Origin: Piromyces finnis finn
Taxonomy: Eukaryota > Fungi > Neocallimastigomycota
Assembly: GCA_002104945.1 (NCBI GenBank)
Contig: MCFH01000085.1
Span: forward strand, 94,736-158,735
Reading direction: 5' to 3'
DNA length: 64,000 nucleotides
Position 1 is the first letter of the stretch; each line of letters opens with the position of its first letter. Shown one piece after another: positions 21,305 through 33,511 of the stretch. The notes under the pieces are model-generated. The model was not told the DNA's origin and made no database searches. It saw nothing but the letters and a program-made list of their open reading frames with translations. The position numbers and the translations under genes were made by a program.

Positions 21305-21821
21305 TTTAGCAATAACAATTTATAAGATTAAAAATATAATTTAATTATTATAATAATGAATTTTTATGTTTTTTTTTTTTTTTTTCTTTCATTTTGTTTT
21401 GTTTTGTTTAGTTTCACTTTTTAAAAACATAAATATATATTCTTTATTTTCTTTATCAGTTTTATATATTATATATATTTTTTTTACAATTTATTAAAAA
21501 TATTTGTATTTATTTTTAATTTTTATTTATTTATTTAATTTATTATAAATATATAATTATTCAGTACTGGTACTACACCAAAGTTATAAAATAAATGGAA
21601 AGGTTTTTTTTTCATTATTTTATTTATTAATCATTTTACATTATTAAAAAAAAATAATAATAAATCATAATAAATATATATAACATTTTATATATATATT
21701 GTAATAATTTATTCAAATTACATTTTGTAATTTCATAAAAAAAAAAAATAGAATTTTAATAAACTATTATTAATAATAAGATATATGAATTTTATATATA
21801 TATATACTTGATTGAAAAAAG

Positions 21822-21825
<4 letters not shown>

Positions 21826-21900
<75 letters not shown>

Positions 21901-22763
21901 GAGAAAGAAATGACAATGATAAAGAATGAACCCTACCTAAAAAAAGAAAAACAATATCAGGTATGATAGATAATAGTGAGATATTCATTAAACTCTCTCA
22001 ATGAGGTCTAAATCTTCTCTAACATTGAATCCTAATTACGAAACATTAGAAAGGTTCCTTTGCTATATCGATACGACGTTGGCGTTTTTGATGACGTTAG
22101 GTGTCATATTAAATCTAATCAAAAAGTAAACTTTAGCTACTAATGATTAAGGATTGCTTTTGTAAGAAAAGCCCTAAGTTCCTCTATCTTTGGAACATGA
22201 AACCCACGATGAAGTAATTTATTTAAATGTCTTTGTTCCACCTTATCGATCAGTAGCTCATCATAAGTTAAAGTTTCCACCAAGAAGGAACGTAAAAATA
22301 GAATTATAAAATAATCTTGTCTTACTTTTATTTTTTCTTGGAGTAAGTGATGAGTTAATTCATATATTTATTATAGAAAAGGGGCTAAAAAGATCGTTAA
22401 GAGAAGAATTTTTATATTTAAAGAATGTAGAACGCATTCTAACATCCTATGATGATAAAAAAAAAAAAAAGATTGTTCATCATATTTGCAACATGAATAG
22501 CATGAATAAACGAATGGACAGTCAGGAGTAAGTCTTTCCAATTTTTATCCTGGTTGTTAAGGCGTATCCTTAGTATACATTAGATTTCTAGCCTGTAGTT
22601 TTTCTCCATTGGTTTTTGTCATGGGTTGGGTTTATGATATTCAGATATGTATTAATGTACTTTTTAATTTACTACTATGATAATACCACTCGTCTAACTA
22701 GCCTGAGAGGGTCTAAGTATACATGATACATTTCAAATTAGAACTTTATAAATGGTGGTGACT

Positions 22764-22765
<2 letters not shown>
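21826..22765 (-). pseudogene. Degenerate 3' fragment of an older LINE, interrupted by the young LINE and continuing at 28473-~28570
   Basis: Minus-strand peptides with stops and frameshifts match the C-terminus of the intact LINE ORF: CPFVYSCYSCCKYDEQS...H..MLEC (vs CPNYCPCCKCGDQSIKHWLLDC), IFTFLLGG (vs IFKFLLGG) and AFLTKAI (vs ELLTKIM). It ends in a (TAA)n tract at ~21826-21898. Confidence 0.65.
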
Positions 22766-22808
<43 letters not shown>

Positions 22809-23045
22809 GGCATCAAATATTTTAAACTTTATTATTAATTTAATTAAAATTATAATACATGTAATAAAAAATTAAAAAATAAAAATAAAAATAAAAAAAA
22901 TATGTTTAAATAAACACAAATGAATAAAAATTGGGTATAATGTATTCTAGTAATTTTAATTAAAGTAAGAAAGCCACTATCATACTAAAGTATAATAATT
23001 GTATTTGACTTCCAATGGGACACCGAGCCAAAGATCAAAATTTTG

Positions 23046-26000
23046 TCATGGAACAAAATTATGATCTCCATTGGTTGCGCTGGCCCTCCTGGCCTGTCTT
23101 ACTGTTTCTTCAGCATTGACGCTCTTGGATGTTGCTTCAAACCTTTTGAACATTGACCATTGCTGGCCAATAGCAAAAGGCATGATTTTGGTTAGAAGTT
23201 CCGCGGTTACCGTCAAGAATGGTGTTCCTTCGTTAGTACCAGAATGAATCTGACGCTTACAAAGTTCTTTCCATTCCCTTGAATTGTAATTAATATTGTT
23301 AAAACTTCTTCCCCCAAGAAGGAATTTAAATATTTTACTGCACACACTAGAATAATCATACACATTAATATTCACCGGATTATTAGAACTATTACTATCA
23401 TTAACTAAATTACTATCTAAATTAGAATTATTATCTTCACTATTGCTATCATTACTAATATTATTATTTCTATTATTGTTATTATTACTATTGTTACTAT
23501 TACTATTGTTACTATTACTATTGTTATTACTACTATTGTTACTATTACTATTAATGTTATTACTATCTCTACTGATATTATCAATTTCATTATTATTGAT
23601 AGGACTATTGGAATTACGTTGACTGAAAAAATTTAATAGCTGGACTATGGAATCATAATGTTTAATACGGATATCTCTAAATGTTGGACAATCTAATAAC
23701 CAATGTTTAATACTTTGATCTCCACACTTGCAACATGGACAGTAGTTAGGACAAACTGGATCAACAAATTTGGCAGCTTTGGCAACTCTAGCATCCAACT
23801 TGTATCCGCTTCTTGCTTTCAATAGCCAGTAGAAGCCATAGGCAAACTCTGGGTACTCATAACATAATTTAATAAAATCTTTAGTTTCAATAAATTTATT
23901 ATCATCATAATATTGCGCTTTGATTGAATTCCCTTTGAGATCTTTCCAATAAAAGTTTTTAACTGCTTTAACATCTCCATGTTTCTTTAATTTTTTATCA
24001 AGTGTCCTACTTGATTTGCACCACGTGTATTTTCTAAATTTAGGAATGTAATTGACAAGGTGTGAGATAATACAATTTGAGTTTTTCCATTTGTTAAAAC
24101 ATCTAACCTGAGCTAACGCACATTTGGCTGACAATGGAGGAATATTCAAATCTTTTGAAATAGAGTATAAAGATATAAACGATACAGCTTTATGAACTCC
24201 GGCAACCCATCGTATTCCTTTGTTAACATGCTTCTGAGCAATCCTAGACCTGGCTTTGTTGGATCCAAGTAATGGTGCAAAGTATGAAACTCTGCTAATC
24301 ACTTGTGAGTTAAGTACTAGTTTTTTGAAAGGAATAGGAATATTAGGATTTCTTAAGAATTTACTGACTGAGAAAAGCCCTTTCAAAACCTTGTTAATAA
24401 GAGCTTTAATTACTGGTTTAAGGGACAGATTCTTATCAAATGGAACACCAAGATAAGTATAGCAATCAGTAGTTGGAATGGGTTGTCCTGCTAAGTAAAA
24501 TGTTGGATCTCTCTTGTTCTGATTTTCTATTGATTCAGGACGAATCACCATCGTTGAACATTTCTGGATACCAAATTCCATTTCATTATACAATGCCCAT
24601 TCATTAACTCTTCTAAGCATCTTTTTTAAGCATCCTCTTGTTAGAGCACAAATAACTATATCATCTGCAAAAAGTCCACCACAGCATCGAGTGTCACCTA
24701 AACTGACTCCTAGATCTTCGCACTCTCTAAATATATCATTAATAAAGAGATTAAAGAGAATAGGAGAAAGAGGGCAACCTTGACGGACTCCTTTCTTCAC
24801 ATCAAAAGATTTCGAGAATTGTCCATCTAATTTGACATTAGCCTTAGATGTTAAATATAAATTTTTGATAAATTGTAGACTCTTACCTCGGATTCCTAAA
24901 CAATCTAATTTATGGAGAATATTACCGATTGGGACTGAATCGTATGCTTTCCTGAGATCTAAAAAGGCCAAATATGTCTCTTTATTATCTAATTGACGTC
25001 TACGGCATATTTCTTGGATTGAAATGAAAAGACTAATACTTTCTTCCTTTTTTCGAAAACCAAATTGTTCAGGTCTAATGAAATTATTCTTTAAACCATA
25101 TTCTGAGATTCTAGTGGTGACAATTTTGGAAATCAACTTAATACCATTATTGATAAGTGATATACCTCGATAGTTATCACAATCTGTCAAATCTCCCTTC
25201 TTAGGAATAGAAACAATACTGGATTCATTCCATGAGTTGGGGAAATCTCCATCCCAAATACGGTTGAATAATTTAAGAATAAAATTTAAACCATGAGCAT
25301 CATTATATGAAGTAGTATTACCAGAAGAATTATTATCTGTAGCATTATTAGAATCATTACTTGGTGGAACTAATGCTTTGTAAAATTCAATTGGAATACC
25401 ATCCGGACCTGATGCTTTATAATTTGGAGTAGTGAGGATAGCTGACTTGACTTCATCAATACTAATATCTTGGTTGATATCCCACTCATCAAGCATAGGA
25501 AGTGAAAAACGTTTATTCGTTGGTTCTTCATACCAATGCTCCAAATCAAGACTTACACCACTTGGGTCTGATGCAAGATTTTCGAAATGATCATGCCACA
25601 CATCTAGTTGTTCTTCCGTAGCAACAACTAATTCTCCATTTTTATTTTTAATTGGTTGAGCAATAAAGAAAGAATCTTTTCCAATTTTTGCAGTTTTCTT
25701 GATCCATTTCCAGGCCTTCTTAGGATTATGACTCTTCATATACTCACATCCTGTTTTAATCCAATGAAGATATTCTTGCTTCCTAAATTCATTACATCTT
25801 TTGTGGATGTAATCAATGAGTTTACGGTAGATTTTAATTCTTTTAATAAATTCATCTATATCATAAATTCTTTCTTTTTTAAATCTCTTATACAACTTCA
25901 TTTTGATTTTTTGAAGATTAAAAATTTGTTGTGAAATATGAAATGAAGACTTTATAACATTATTTGCTGAGGTAATACTGAGCTCGTCTGCAATTGAAAA

Positions 26001-27581
26001 AGCAGTTGAAGTAAACTCTTTGGAAAGTTCATCTGTAGAAACATTAGGATCGTTGAATTTTGCTGAAAGTATTTGGAATTTATTATGACTGAGAATAGAT
26101 TCCTTTTCCTCAATACATTTTAATCTATTCCATTTCAGAATTTTCTTAGGAACATTAAAGTCATTAGAAAAATCTTCCATAGGAATAATTTTACCATTAA
26201 TAATAAGTGGCTTATGGTCTGATACAGGATAAAAATTATTTATAAATGATCCTGAGTGAACAAGATCTTTCATCTTCGAATTGATAAGAGCATGGTCAAT
26301 GTCGGAAGATTGATCACCTCGAGTCCAAGAGATAGTAGACCCTCTAAGCGGAAGAATTTCCCAATCTCCTAATCCATTAGTTGATAACCAGTTGGATAAT
26401 TTTACTTTAGACATATTAAAATCACCAACAAGAATCGATGGATGGGATGAATGAGTTTGTAACCACAAGCGAACTTCTAACTTTGCATGATCAACATAGA
26501 TGTTGTGATGACTATGAGGCATATAAACATTTCCAATCGAGCATTTGAATCTATTCCAGAGACTAAAAGTATAAATAGAAATAATATACTTTCCAGAGAA
26601 GTTTTCAAGTGAGGCTTGACACGAATTGTGAAAACCTAAATATAAACCTCTCATTCCCGGAACTGATTCGTCAGCTTTCTTGAAAAAGTGTCTATAGTTT
26701 CGCAAAGTAACACGACAAGGATAATCTGTATTCGAACCAGAACCATTACCAGTTTCTTGGAAACATAAGAATAATGGTTTGAAAATAGCTGTGAAATAGC
26801 TAATACTATCTCTCTTTTCATGATTCCACCCATTGGTGTTCCAACTAAGACAAAAAGAAAAGTTATCAGGCTTGTTGGATGAGGAAGAATCGTTGCTATT
26901 ATTATTATTATTAAAGTCATCGTTATTAATGGATGATGCATCAGAGGAATAAGTAGAACTATTACTAGATGGCTGTGAAACTGAAGAACTATCAACTATT
27001 GAACTGTTATCAGAGTTGATAGAGCTATTAGAATTAATTGTTGAATGTTGAGATTGAAATTGTGTTTGCTGTAGATCTGGAATATTTTCATGATGGGAAA
27101 CTTGTTGAAGATCCTGTTGAAGATCTTGTTGAAGATCGGATTGTTGATGAGATTGTTGAACTGATTGTTGAACTGATTGTTGAAATGATTGTTGAATAGA
27201 ATGTTGATGTTTATTAGAAACTAAAATTTTACGTTTGAGAGTGGAAAAAGTGTATTTGTGATTCCTTCTACTACGAGCTGAAAAGGAAATTGAGGTAACT
27301 GAAAGTTTCTTCTTTAACATGTGTAAGATTTTAATACAATCTTTTGATGAACCATGAACCTTGACTAAGAAAAAGTGATCATTGAAAGTTTGAAAATATT
27401 TAACACTAATAACTGAATTAAATTTATCTTCTAGAATAACCTCGAGTTTTTCCCATAGCATATTTACTGACCATGATCGAATACCACGGATAAAGAAGGA
27501 GCGAATATCATCTAAGGGGATACCATAAGACCGGGTACCACGTCTGATATAATTCTTGTCTTTAATATAAAGGACTGACAT
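23046..27581 (-). CDS. LINE polyprotein: N-terminal extension + AP endonuclease + reverse transcriptase + C-terminal Cys/His motif
   Basis: APE motifs SWNTNG, FQETG, VGDFN, IDHAL, SDHKP. RT motifs ASGPDG, YRGISL, QFGFR, FLDLRKAYDSV, GVRQGCPLSPILFNLFI, LFADD. C-terminal CPCCK...HWLLDC. Confidence 0.96.
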   Translation of the reverse strand: MSVLYIKDKNYIRRGTRSYGIPLDDIRSFFIRGIRSWSVNMLWEKLEVILEDKFNSVISVKYFQTFNDHFFLVKVHGSSKDCIKILHMLKKKLSVTSISFSARSRRNHKYTFSTLKRKILVSNKHQHSIQQSFQQSVQQSVQQSHQQSDLQQDLQQDLQQVSHHENIPDLQQTQFQSQHSTINSNSSINSDNSSIVDSSSVSQPSSNSSTYSSDASSINNDDFNNNNNSNDSSSSNKPDNFSFCLSWNTNGWNHEKRDSISYFTAIFKPLFLCFQETGNGSGSNTDYPCRVTLRNYRHFFKKADESVPGMRGLYLGFHNSCQASLENFSGKYIISIYTFSLWNRFKCSIGNVYMPHSHHNIYVDHAKLEVRLWLQTHSSHPSILVGDFNMSKVKLSNWLSTNGLGDWEILPLRGSTISWTRGDQSSDIDHALINSKMKDLVHSGSFINNFYPVSDHKPLIINGKIIPMEDFSNDFNVPKKILKWNRLKCIEEKESILSHNKFQILSAKFNDPNVSTDELSKEFTSTAFSIADELSITSANNVIKSSFHISQQIFNLQKIKMKLYKRFKKERIYDIDEFIKRIKIYRKLIDYIHKRCNEFRKQEYLHWIKTGCEYMKSHNPKKAWKWIKKTAKIGKDSFFIAQPIKNKNGELVVATEEQLDVWHDHFENLASDPSGVSLDLEHWYEEPTNKRFSLPMLDEWDINQDISIDEVKSAILTTPNYKASGPDGIPIEFYKALVPPSNDSNNATDNNSSGNTTSYNDAHGLNFILKLFNRIWDGDFPNSWNESSIVSIPKKGDLTDCDNYRGISLINNGIKLISKIVTTRISEYGLKNNFIRPEQFGFRKKEESISLFISIQEICRRRQLDNKETYLAFLDLRKAYDSVPIGNILHKLDCLGIRGKSLQFIKNLYLTSKANVKLDGQFSKSFDVKKGVRQGCPLSPILFNLFINDIFRECEDLGVSLGDTRCCGGLFADDIVICALTRGCLKKMLRRVNEWALYNEMEFGIQKCSTMVIRPESIENQNKRDPTFYLAGQPIPTTDCYTYLGVPFDKNLSLKPVIKALINKVLKGLFSVSKFLRNPNIPIPFKKLVLNSQVISRVSYFAPLLGSNKARSRIAQKHVNKGIRWVAGVHKAVSFISLYSISKDLNIPPLSAKCALAQVRCFNKWKNSNCIISHLVNYIPKFRKYTWCKSSRTLDKKLKKHGDVKAVKNFYWKDLKGNSIKAQYYDDNKFIETKDFIKLCYEYPEFAYGFYWLLKARSGYKLDARVAKAAKFVDPVCPNYCPCCKCGDQSIKHWLLDCPTFRDIRIKHYDSIVQLLNFFSQRNSNSPINNNEIDNISRDSNNINSNSNNSSNNNSNSNNSNSNNSNNNNNRNNNISNDSNSEDNNSNLDSNLVNDSNSSNNPVNINVYDYSSVCSKIFKFLLGGRSFNNINYNSREWKELCKRQIHSGTNEGTPFLTVTAELLTKIMPFAIGQQWSMFKRFEATSKSVNAEETVRQARRASATNGDHNFVP

Positions 27582-28225
27582 GATAATAAATTCTAATTAA
27601 AAATATTGAATATAAAATAAATACTAATAAAAATTATAAATATAACGTATATGGAAAAAAAATCTGTCTCTCTCTCTCTTCTTAAAAGTACTGGATAGTA
27701 CAAAAATTGTTACGATGCTTTGTTTAAAGTTTCTTTTTTTTGAATTCTAGTTGTAAATTTTCTTTAAAAATTCTAGTTTTGGTTTGTTGTTAGTAAATTC
27801 GAATCGCTTTTTGACACTAAACTTGTTTGACTTTACTTTTCATTAAATATTTAAATTGGTAAAAAATTTGAATCAAGAATGTCGACACCAGAAAGCTTGT
27901 GAATAGTATTTTTACATGATGTAGAGTGAATCAGTCTCTTACAAGAAACAATACAACAATAGCTACATGAATATAAAAATACAATGCAAATGCTAAAGTT
28001 GACTACATTGGATTCTTACAAGAGAAGAGTAGTACTACATGAATACATGAATAAAAGAAAAAATACAGCAACAAAATGTATTACTCTTCTAATTAAATAC
28101 TATACAAACTTACCTGAATATCAAACATTCAACTTATTCATCAAATACTTAATTCGATGAATAAAATGTTTTTTAATCGCTCAGTACCATGAGCTTAGTC
28201 CTAATAATTTTCCCTTAAAGACTAA

Positions 28226-28472
28226 CCAAGCATCCATTGCGCAATGCTTGGATTTAATTCTTTCTACTCTCTCAGTACCATGAGCATGAGTAGACTCCCT
28301 TGATAAACTACGTTTATTAAATAAATGAAGGCACGTTTCCAAGAGGGCACCAAGCATCCATTGCGCGATACTTGGATTTAATTCTTTCTACTCTCTCAGT
28401 ACCATGAGCATGAGTAGACCCCCTTGAGAAACTACATTTATTAAATAAATGAAGGCACGTTCCCAAGAGGGT
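28226..28472 (-). repeat. Two tandem 124-bp monomers forming the 5' end of the LINE; a partial third motif lies at ~28180-28194
   Basis: ccaagcatccattgcgc starts at 28226 and 28350; ccaagaggg ends at 28347 and 28471. Confidence 0.92.
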
Positions 28473-29140
28473 TGGTGGTGACTTAAGCTATGCCAAAATA
28501 CACAAGCATCATTCCTCAATTTAAGTGTAAACATTAGGGAATTATTTTCACGTGATCAAATTGACGCTTATTAAAAAAAAAAAAAAAAAAAAAGAATTCT
28601 TTTGATTCAGAATAAAAAGAGATATTACTGATTTGATAATAGATTTACAAATTACTTTTAAAATTAATTTCAAATTTAGAAAAGAAAAAATGTTTTTTAT
28701 TATTATTATATTATTATTATTTATAATATTTTTTTTTAGTTTTTTTATTGTTTATTTATTTTTTTTTTTTCTTTTAATATTATAATAAAAAAAATATATA
28801 AAAATTAAAATAATTACATAAAAGATAAAAAGATGAAAAAGATAAAATAAGTAATAAATTAAATAAATAAAAAAATAAATATTAATTTTCTTTTATATAT
28901 ATTATTTATATATTATTTATAAAAAAATAATAAAAAAAAATTAATATTTATGTATTTAGGTTATTTGATTATATTTATTAAAAAAAAAACCCTTTTAATT
29001 TTAAATGTTTCTATGCATTATTAATATTTTTTTTTTTTGTTGGTGTTTCTTTTTTTAAAAGAAAAAAAAATAAAATTCATAATATATTGAATAATTAATG
29101 AATAATATTTTTTTCTATTTTATATTAATTTAAAAACATT

Positions 29141-31528
29141 CTAGTTTTTAACAACATATTTTGTAACAGTGACAACTTTCTTAACAGTAACCTTCTTTGT
29201 TACTCTAGCTCTAGTTGTAGCAGTTTGACTCTTAGTTGTAGTGGATTTCTTTGTAGTTGTAGTTTTAACAACTGATGGAGTTGTCTTAACAACGATAACT
29301 GGAGATGTAGTAACAACAGGAACAGTAGTAGTAGTAACTTTAGTAATAGTAGGAACATTATTAATAATAACAGAAGTAGTAGTTGGAGCAACAACAGAAG
29401 TGGTTTTCTTTTGAACGGTAGTTATTGGTTCAGCTTCAGCAGCAGAACCTAAAGCCTTTTCAGCGTAAGCTTTACAGTATCCACCTCTAGTTTGAACCCA
29501 TTGTTTGATACCATAGTGAGCATCATTGTAACTAACAGCAGCATTATAACCAACAAATTTAAAGTTTGTATTATCATCAAAGTTTTCAAGAGTAAAGTGG
29601 TTAACATAACCTGGAATATTTGGATCAAGATCATCAATTAAATTAAAGTTCCATTCAACATCATCTCTAATTAATTGAGAAACACTATCAATGAATGGAG
29701 AAAGACTTTCAGTATTAAAGACATTATTAACAGTAGCTGCTAAAATTCTTTGATATCTTGTTTTAATAATATCATGTTTAAAGAGATTATTTACAAAATA
29801 TTTATCTGGAAGAGTGTTATCAGCCCAACCAATACAATCAGAAAGATAATTGGAAGCATAATAATCAGAACCATTAGAACCGTAAAAACTACCATCAAAA
29901 TCATATGGAATAATTTGGTATCTATTGGTTTCTGGGTTGAAGTAAAGAGCATAATTACCAAGTTGAGCCCAGAAATTATCGTAAGCAACAGTAAGGGCTT
30001 CAATAGTCATTTGTCTAAGAAGAGATTCAAGATCAAAGAAGCTTTCAAGAGCTTCAACAGCTTCATTAGATTGATCATCTTCATAATCATTAACCCAATT
30101 TTCAAACATTTTAGTGAAACGTGCAAGTCTGTAGAAGGTGTTTGGAGCTTCAGTATCCATTTTATCGATTTCATCAACTTCATAGGAACCACTATTAAGA
30201 TATTTATTTGGATCTTCACCAAGGTATCTAAGAGAAGCGTATGGACCATTTGGAACAGAAGAGTACATTTTATAGGAATAACCAACATGAGCATCTTCAT
30301 TACCATGGATCATATTAGCAATCCATTTTCCACCAATAGTATCGACAATACTATATAAACCCCAAACATCATCATTAATGATAACTCTAGCGTAAGTTCC
30401 ACTGTAAACTGGAACACCGACAGCCCTGTATAATTCAGAAGCTAACTTATCACGCATGAGGGTTGGATCAGAAGCAAGGGCTCTAACCTTTATTGTTTTT
30501 CTACCTAAAATTTTTTTATCAAGTTTGAATTTCCATGATAATTTTTTAAAGGTACGACTATTGTAACCAACTAAGTAAAGAGCACCTGTCTTTGATTCAG
30601 AACTGGTTGGAGTAATAAAGTTTATAGTACAATTTGAATAGTTTTCATTTTTATGTGAACCAGTAAATGGATGGTATTTTAAATCTGTATATGCTTCATC
30701 ATCACATTTTGCGTAAATAGTATAAATTTCATTCTTTGGAAATTCTTGGTATTTTTCAGTACCACTATTGTAAAGTGGATCAAATACTTTTGGGATTCCT
30801 GAAATATTAACGTTTTTAGTTACTCTATAATATTATTTTTATTTCAAAATTTTCAATGTCAATTCGTTGATAATAATTAATTGGTTAATTTATTGATTTT
30901 TTTAATTTATTTGTCATTATCATTTATGGTTGTTTTATAAATTCATTGAATATTATTTATAAGAATTAAAAAATATAAAATCAATAAAATATATAATTAT
31001 TACCATAATTACTTTTTATAATATAAAAGAGAAAATATACCTTTCATAAACTTCATTAATGTTTGAAATAGCATCAGTATAAGTTCTTTCAAAATATTCT
31101 TCTTCTACAACATTACCACTCTTGTCTAATAGAACATATTTATAGGTATTGCTAGCACCAGATTCTATTGTTGTAGTATATACTATATTAAAAACAAATC
31201 AGTATTTAATCCTTTTTCTAACATTTTACTATTTTAAAGTATTTACATGGATAGATTTCTGAAGTCATCTTAACAATTTGATTATTATATTTAAGACCCA
31301 TATCATATTCAGATCCACTAATATTTACAACATTGAATTTCCAAGTGGCAGCTATTTATTTATTTATTTTATTTATTGTTTAAAATATTAATATATATTA
31401 TTTTTCTTTTATAATAATTTATTGATTACTTATTAATGTTTTTCTATTTTGTATCATTTATTAATAAACTTACCATTAGTTAATGCCACCATAGAGGCTA
31501 ATGCTAAATTAATGGTATTTATTTTCAT
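29141..31528 (-). CDS. cotH: Secreted CotH kinase-family protein with Thr/Val/Lys-rich tail, 4 exons
   Basis: Exon 1 at 31528-31474 encodes signal peptide MKINTINLALASMVALTNA; two internal exons lie at ~31348-31233 and ~31183-31041; the last exon is 30824-29141. CotH motifs: DPTLMRDKL, YARVIINDDVWGLY, YDNF...GNY, IPYDFD. Confidence 0.88.
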
Positions 31529-33454
31529 ATTGAACTACTTATTTTATTCGAATTATATATTTAATATATTTATAATTATGATTTAGTTTTACATGAATTA
31601 TAATTTTTTGACAAAATAAAGAATTTTAATATATATTTATATAATGTTATAATTGAAATTGATTTATATTATATAAATAATATACATACTTTGATGTTTA
31701 TTGAAATATTTTAATCTATTTATATATGTACAATAAAAGAAATTTTCTATAATTTCTATTTTTTCTTTCCTTTTTTAAATTTCTTTATAATTTAAAAAAA
31801 AATCTTTATAATAATCCTTTTTTATTATTAAAAAAAAAGGAAATGTTTCTTTTTTTAACAAATTATTTAAAAGAAAATATTTTTTTTTTGCTCTTTTTTT
31901 TTTTCAAATTAAAAGCTATAATACAACTTTTCTTTTTTTAAAAATAAAAATTAATTATAATTTCGTTTATAAAAAAAAAATCTAGAAAGAAAATTTTTTC
32001 GGTTTATATATAAAGCACTTTTTGGTAGTGTTTATTAAACTTTAAAATTATATAAAGTTTACTTTAGGGAAAAAAAAAAAAAGATTTAAAGATAGTAAAG
32101 AAAATAAGAAAAAAAATTTTAAATAAAAAAAAAGAAAATTTAAAAAAATAAAATAATAAAAAAAAAAAAATTGTAATTATACTAAATAAATGAATAAATA
32201 AATAAATTATTAAATAAATAGATTATTAAATAAATAAATAGATAGATAAGTAGATAAATAAAGAATGATTGTTTTTTTTTCAATTGAACAAAAAATATTA
32301 AAACCTTATTTTTAATAATTCTAAAGAATCATTTAATTTATATTTAATATAATGTTTAGGAATAATTAATATAATTAATGAATTTATATTAAATAAAGTT
32401 TATTATTCCTTTTTAATTATATTAAATATTCATATTAATTATTTATTAATTCTAATTATTCAATATTCTGAACTTTTTGAATTTTTACGATTTGTTTCTT
32501 TTATTTTACTATTATTAGCAAGATAGAAATAAATTTATTTGTTAATTTAATGTATTAAACAAAATTAAAAGAAATAAATAGTAAAAGGTGAAATAATAAT
32601 TATAATTATCTTTCGATAATAAAAATAATTATTTTGTATTATACTTTGTTGTTGAATGATTTATTATATCTTAATATATGAGCAATTCTATTAATATATA
32701 TGAAATTAAATTGATTTTATAATTTTTTATATAAAATAAATTAAAATTTATTAAAAAATTTAAATAAAATTCATATATTTTATTCGCTATTTACAATTTA
32801 ATTAAACTCATTACACTATTTATTAATTGTGTTATAAACTAATTAATTAGTAATAATAAACAAATATATTATAATATATTATCTATACAATTGTATATAA
32901 TTAATAAACAATATAAACAATTAGTTATTGTAATATTGTTAATATATTATTGTAATATGTAATTTAATTATTCTATTTCTATAATAATAAATAATTTCTA
33001 TTTGAATTTGGTCCATAAGTGGTCAAATTATAACATATGAAAATGACTATTATTATTATTATTATTATTATTATTATCACTAATGTATACATCATTTAAC
33101 GTAAATAAGGACTTATTTGATGGTTAAAAGATATTTTCCTTTTAATGAATAGAATTAGAGAAATGAGTCAAAATATTAATCATTATAGAAATAAACAATT
33201 TAATTTTAATTCTTTAATTATTATTCTTTAAAATTAAAATTTATAAAAAATTTAATATATAAAATTTTAATTACTTCATATTTAAAAATAATATTTAATA
33301 GAAAAATAGCGGCCATTTTTATATTTGTTCTTTATTACTATAATAATAATGATACTAATTAATTATTAATTAATAATTATTAACAGCATTATTCCTAATT
33401 CTATAATTTAATATTTCAAAAAAATTAGTATTTTATTCATTAAAAAAAAAAAAG

Positions 33455-33511
33455 AAAAAGAATTTGAAAATAGTAATAATAGTAATTTTTTGCTATTTTC
33501 AAATTCTTTTT
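33455..33511. repeat. 19-bp perfect inverted repeat with 19-nt spacer
   Basis: aaaaagaatttgaaaatag (33455-33473) and ctattttcaaattcttttt (33493-33511). The arms are AT-rich and the function is unknown. Confidence 0.7.

Larger units (their letters stand above)
22766..28472 (-). mobile_element. Full-length APE-type non-LTR retrotransposon (LINE), single ORF
   Basis: Poly(A) tail (40 T on + strand, 22766-22805). 13-bp TSD TGGTGGTGACTTA at 22753-22765 and 28473-28485. Intact 1511-aa ORF, ~890-nt 5' UTR with tandem monomers, ~240-nt 3' UTR. Confidence 0.95.

Noticed and set aside
28260-28420. CTGAGAG...GAAA in the LINE monomers as a possible hammerhead ribozyme
   Set aside because: The core lacks the invariant G8 of CUGANGA and no stem III/NUH arrangement fits. 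An HDV-like P1/P3/L3 topology also could not be built.
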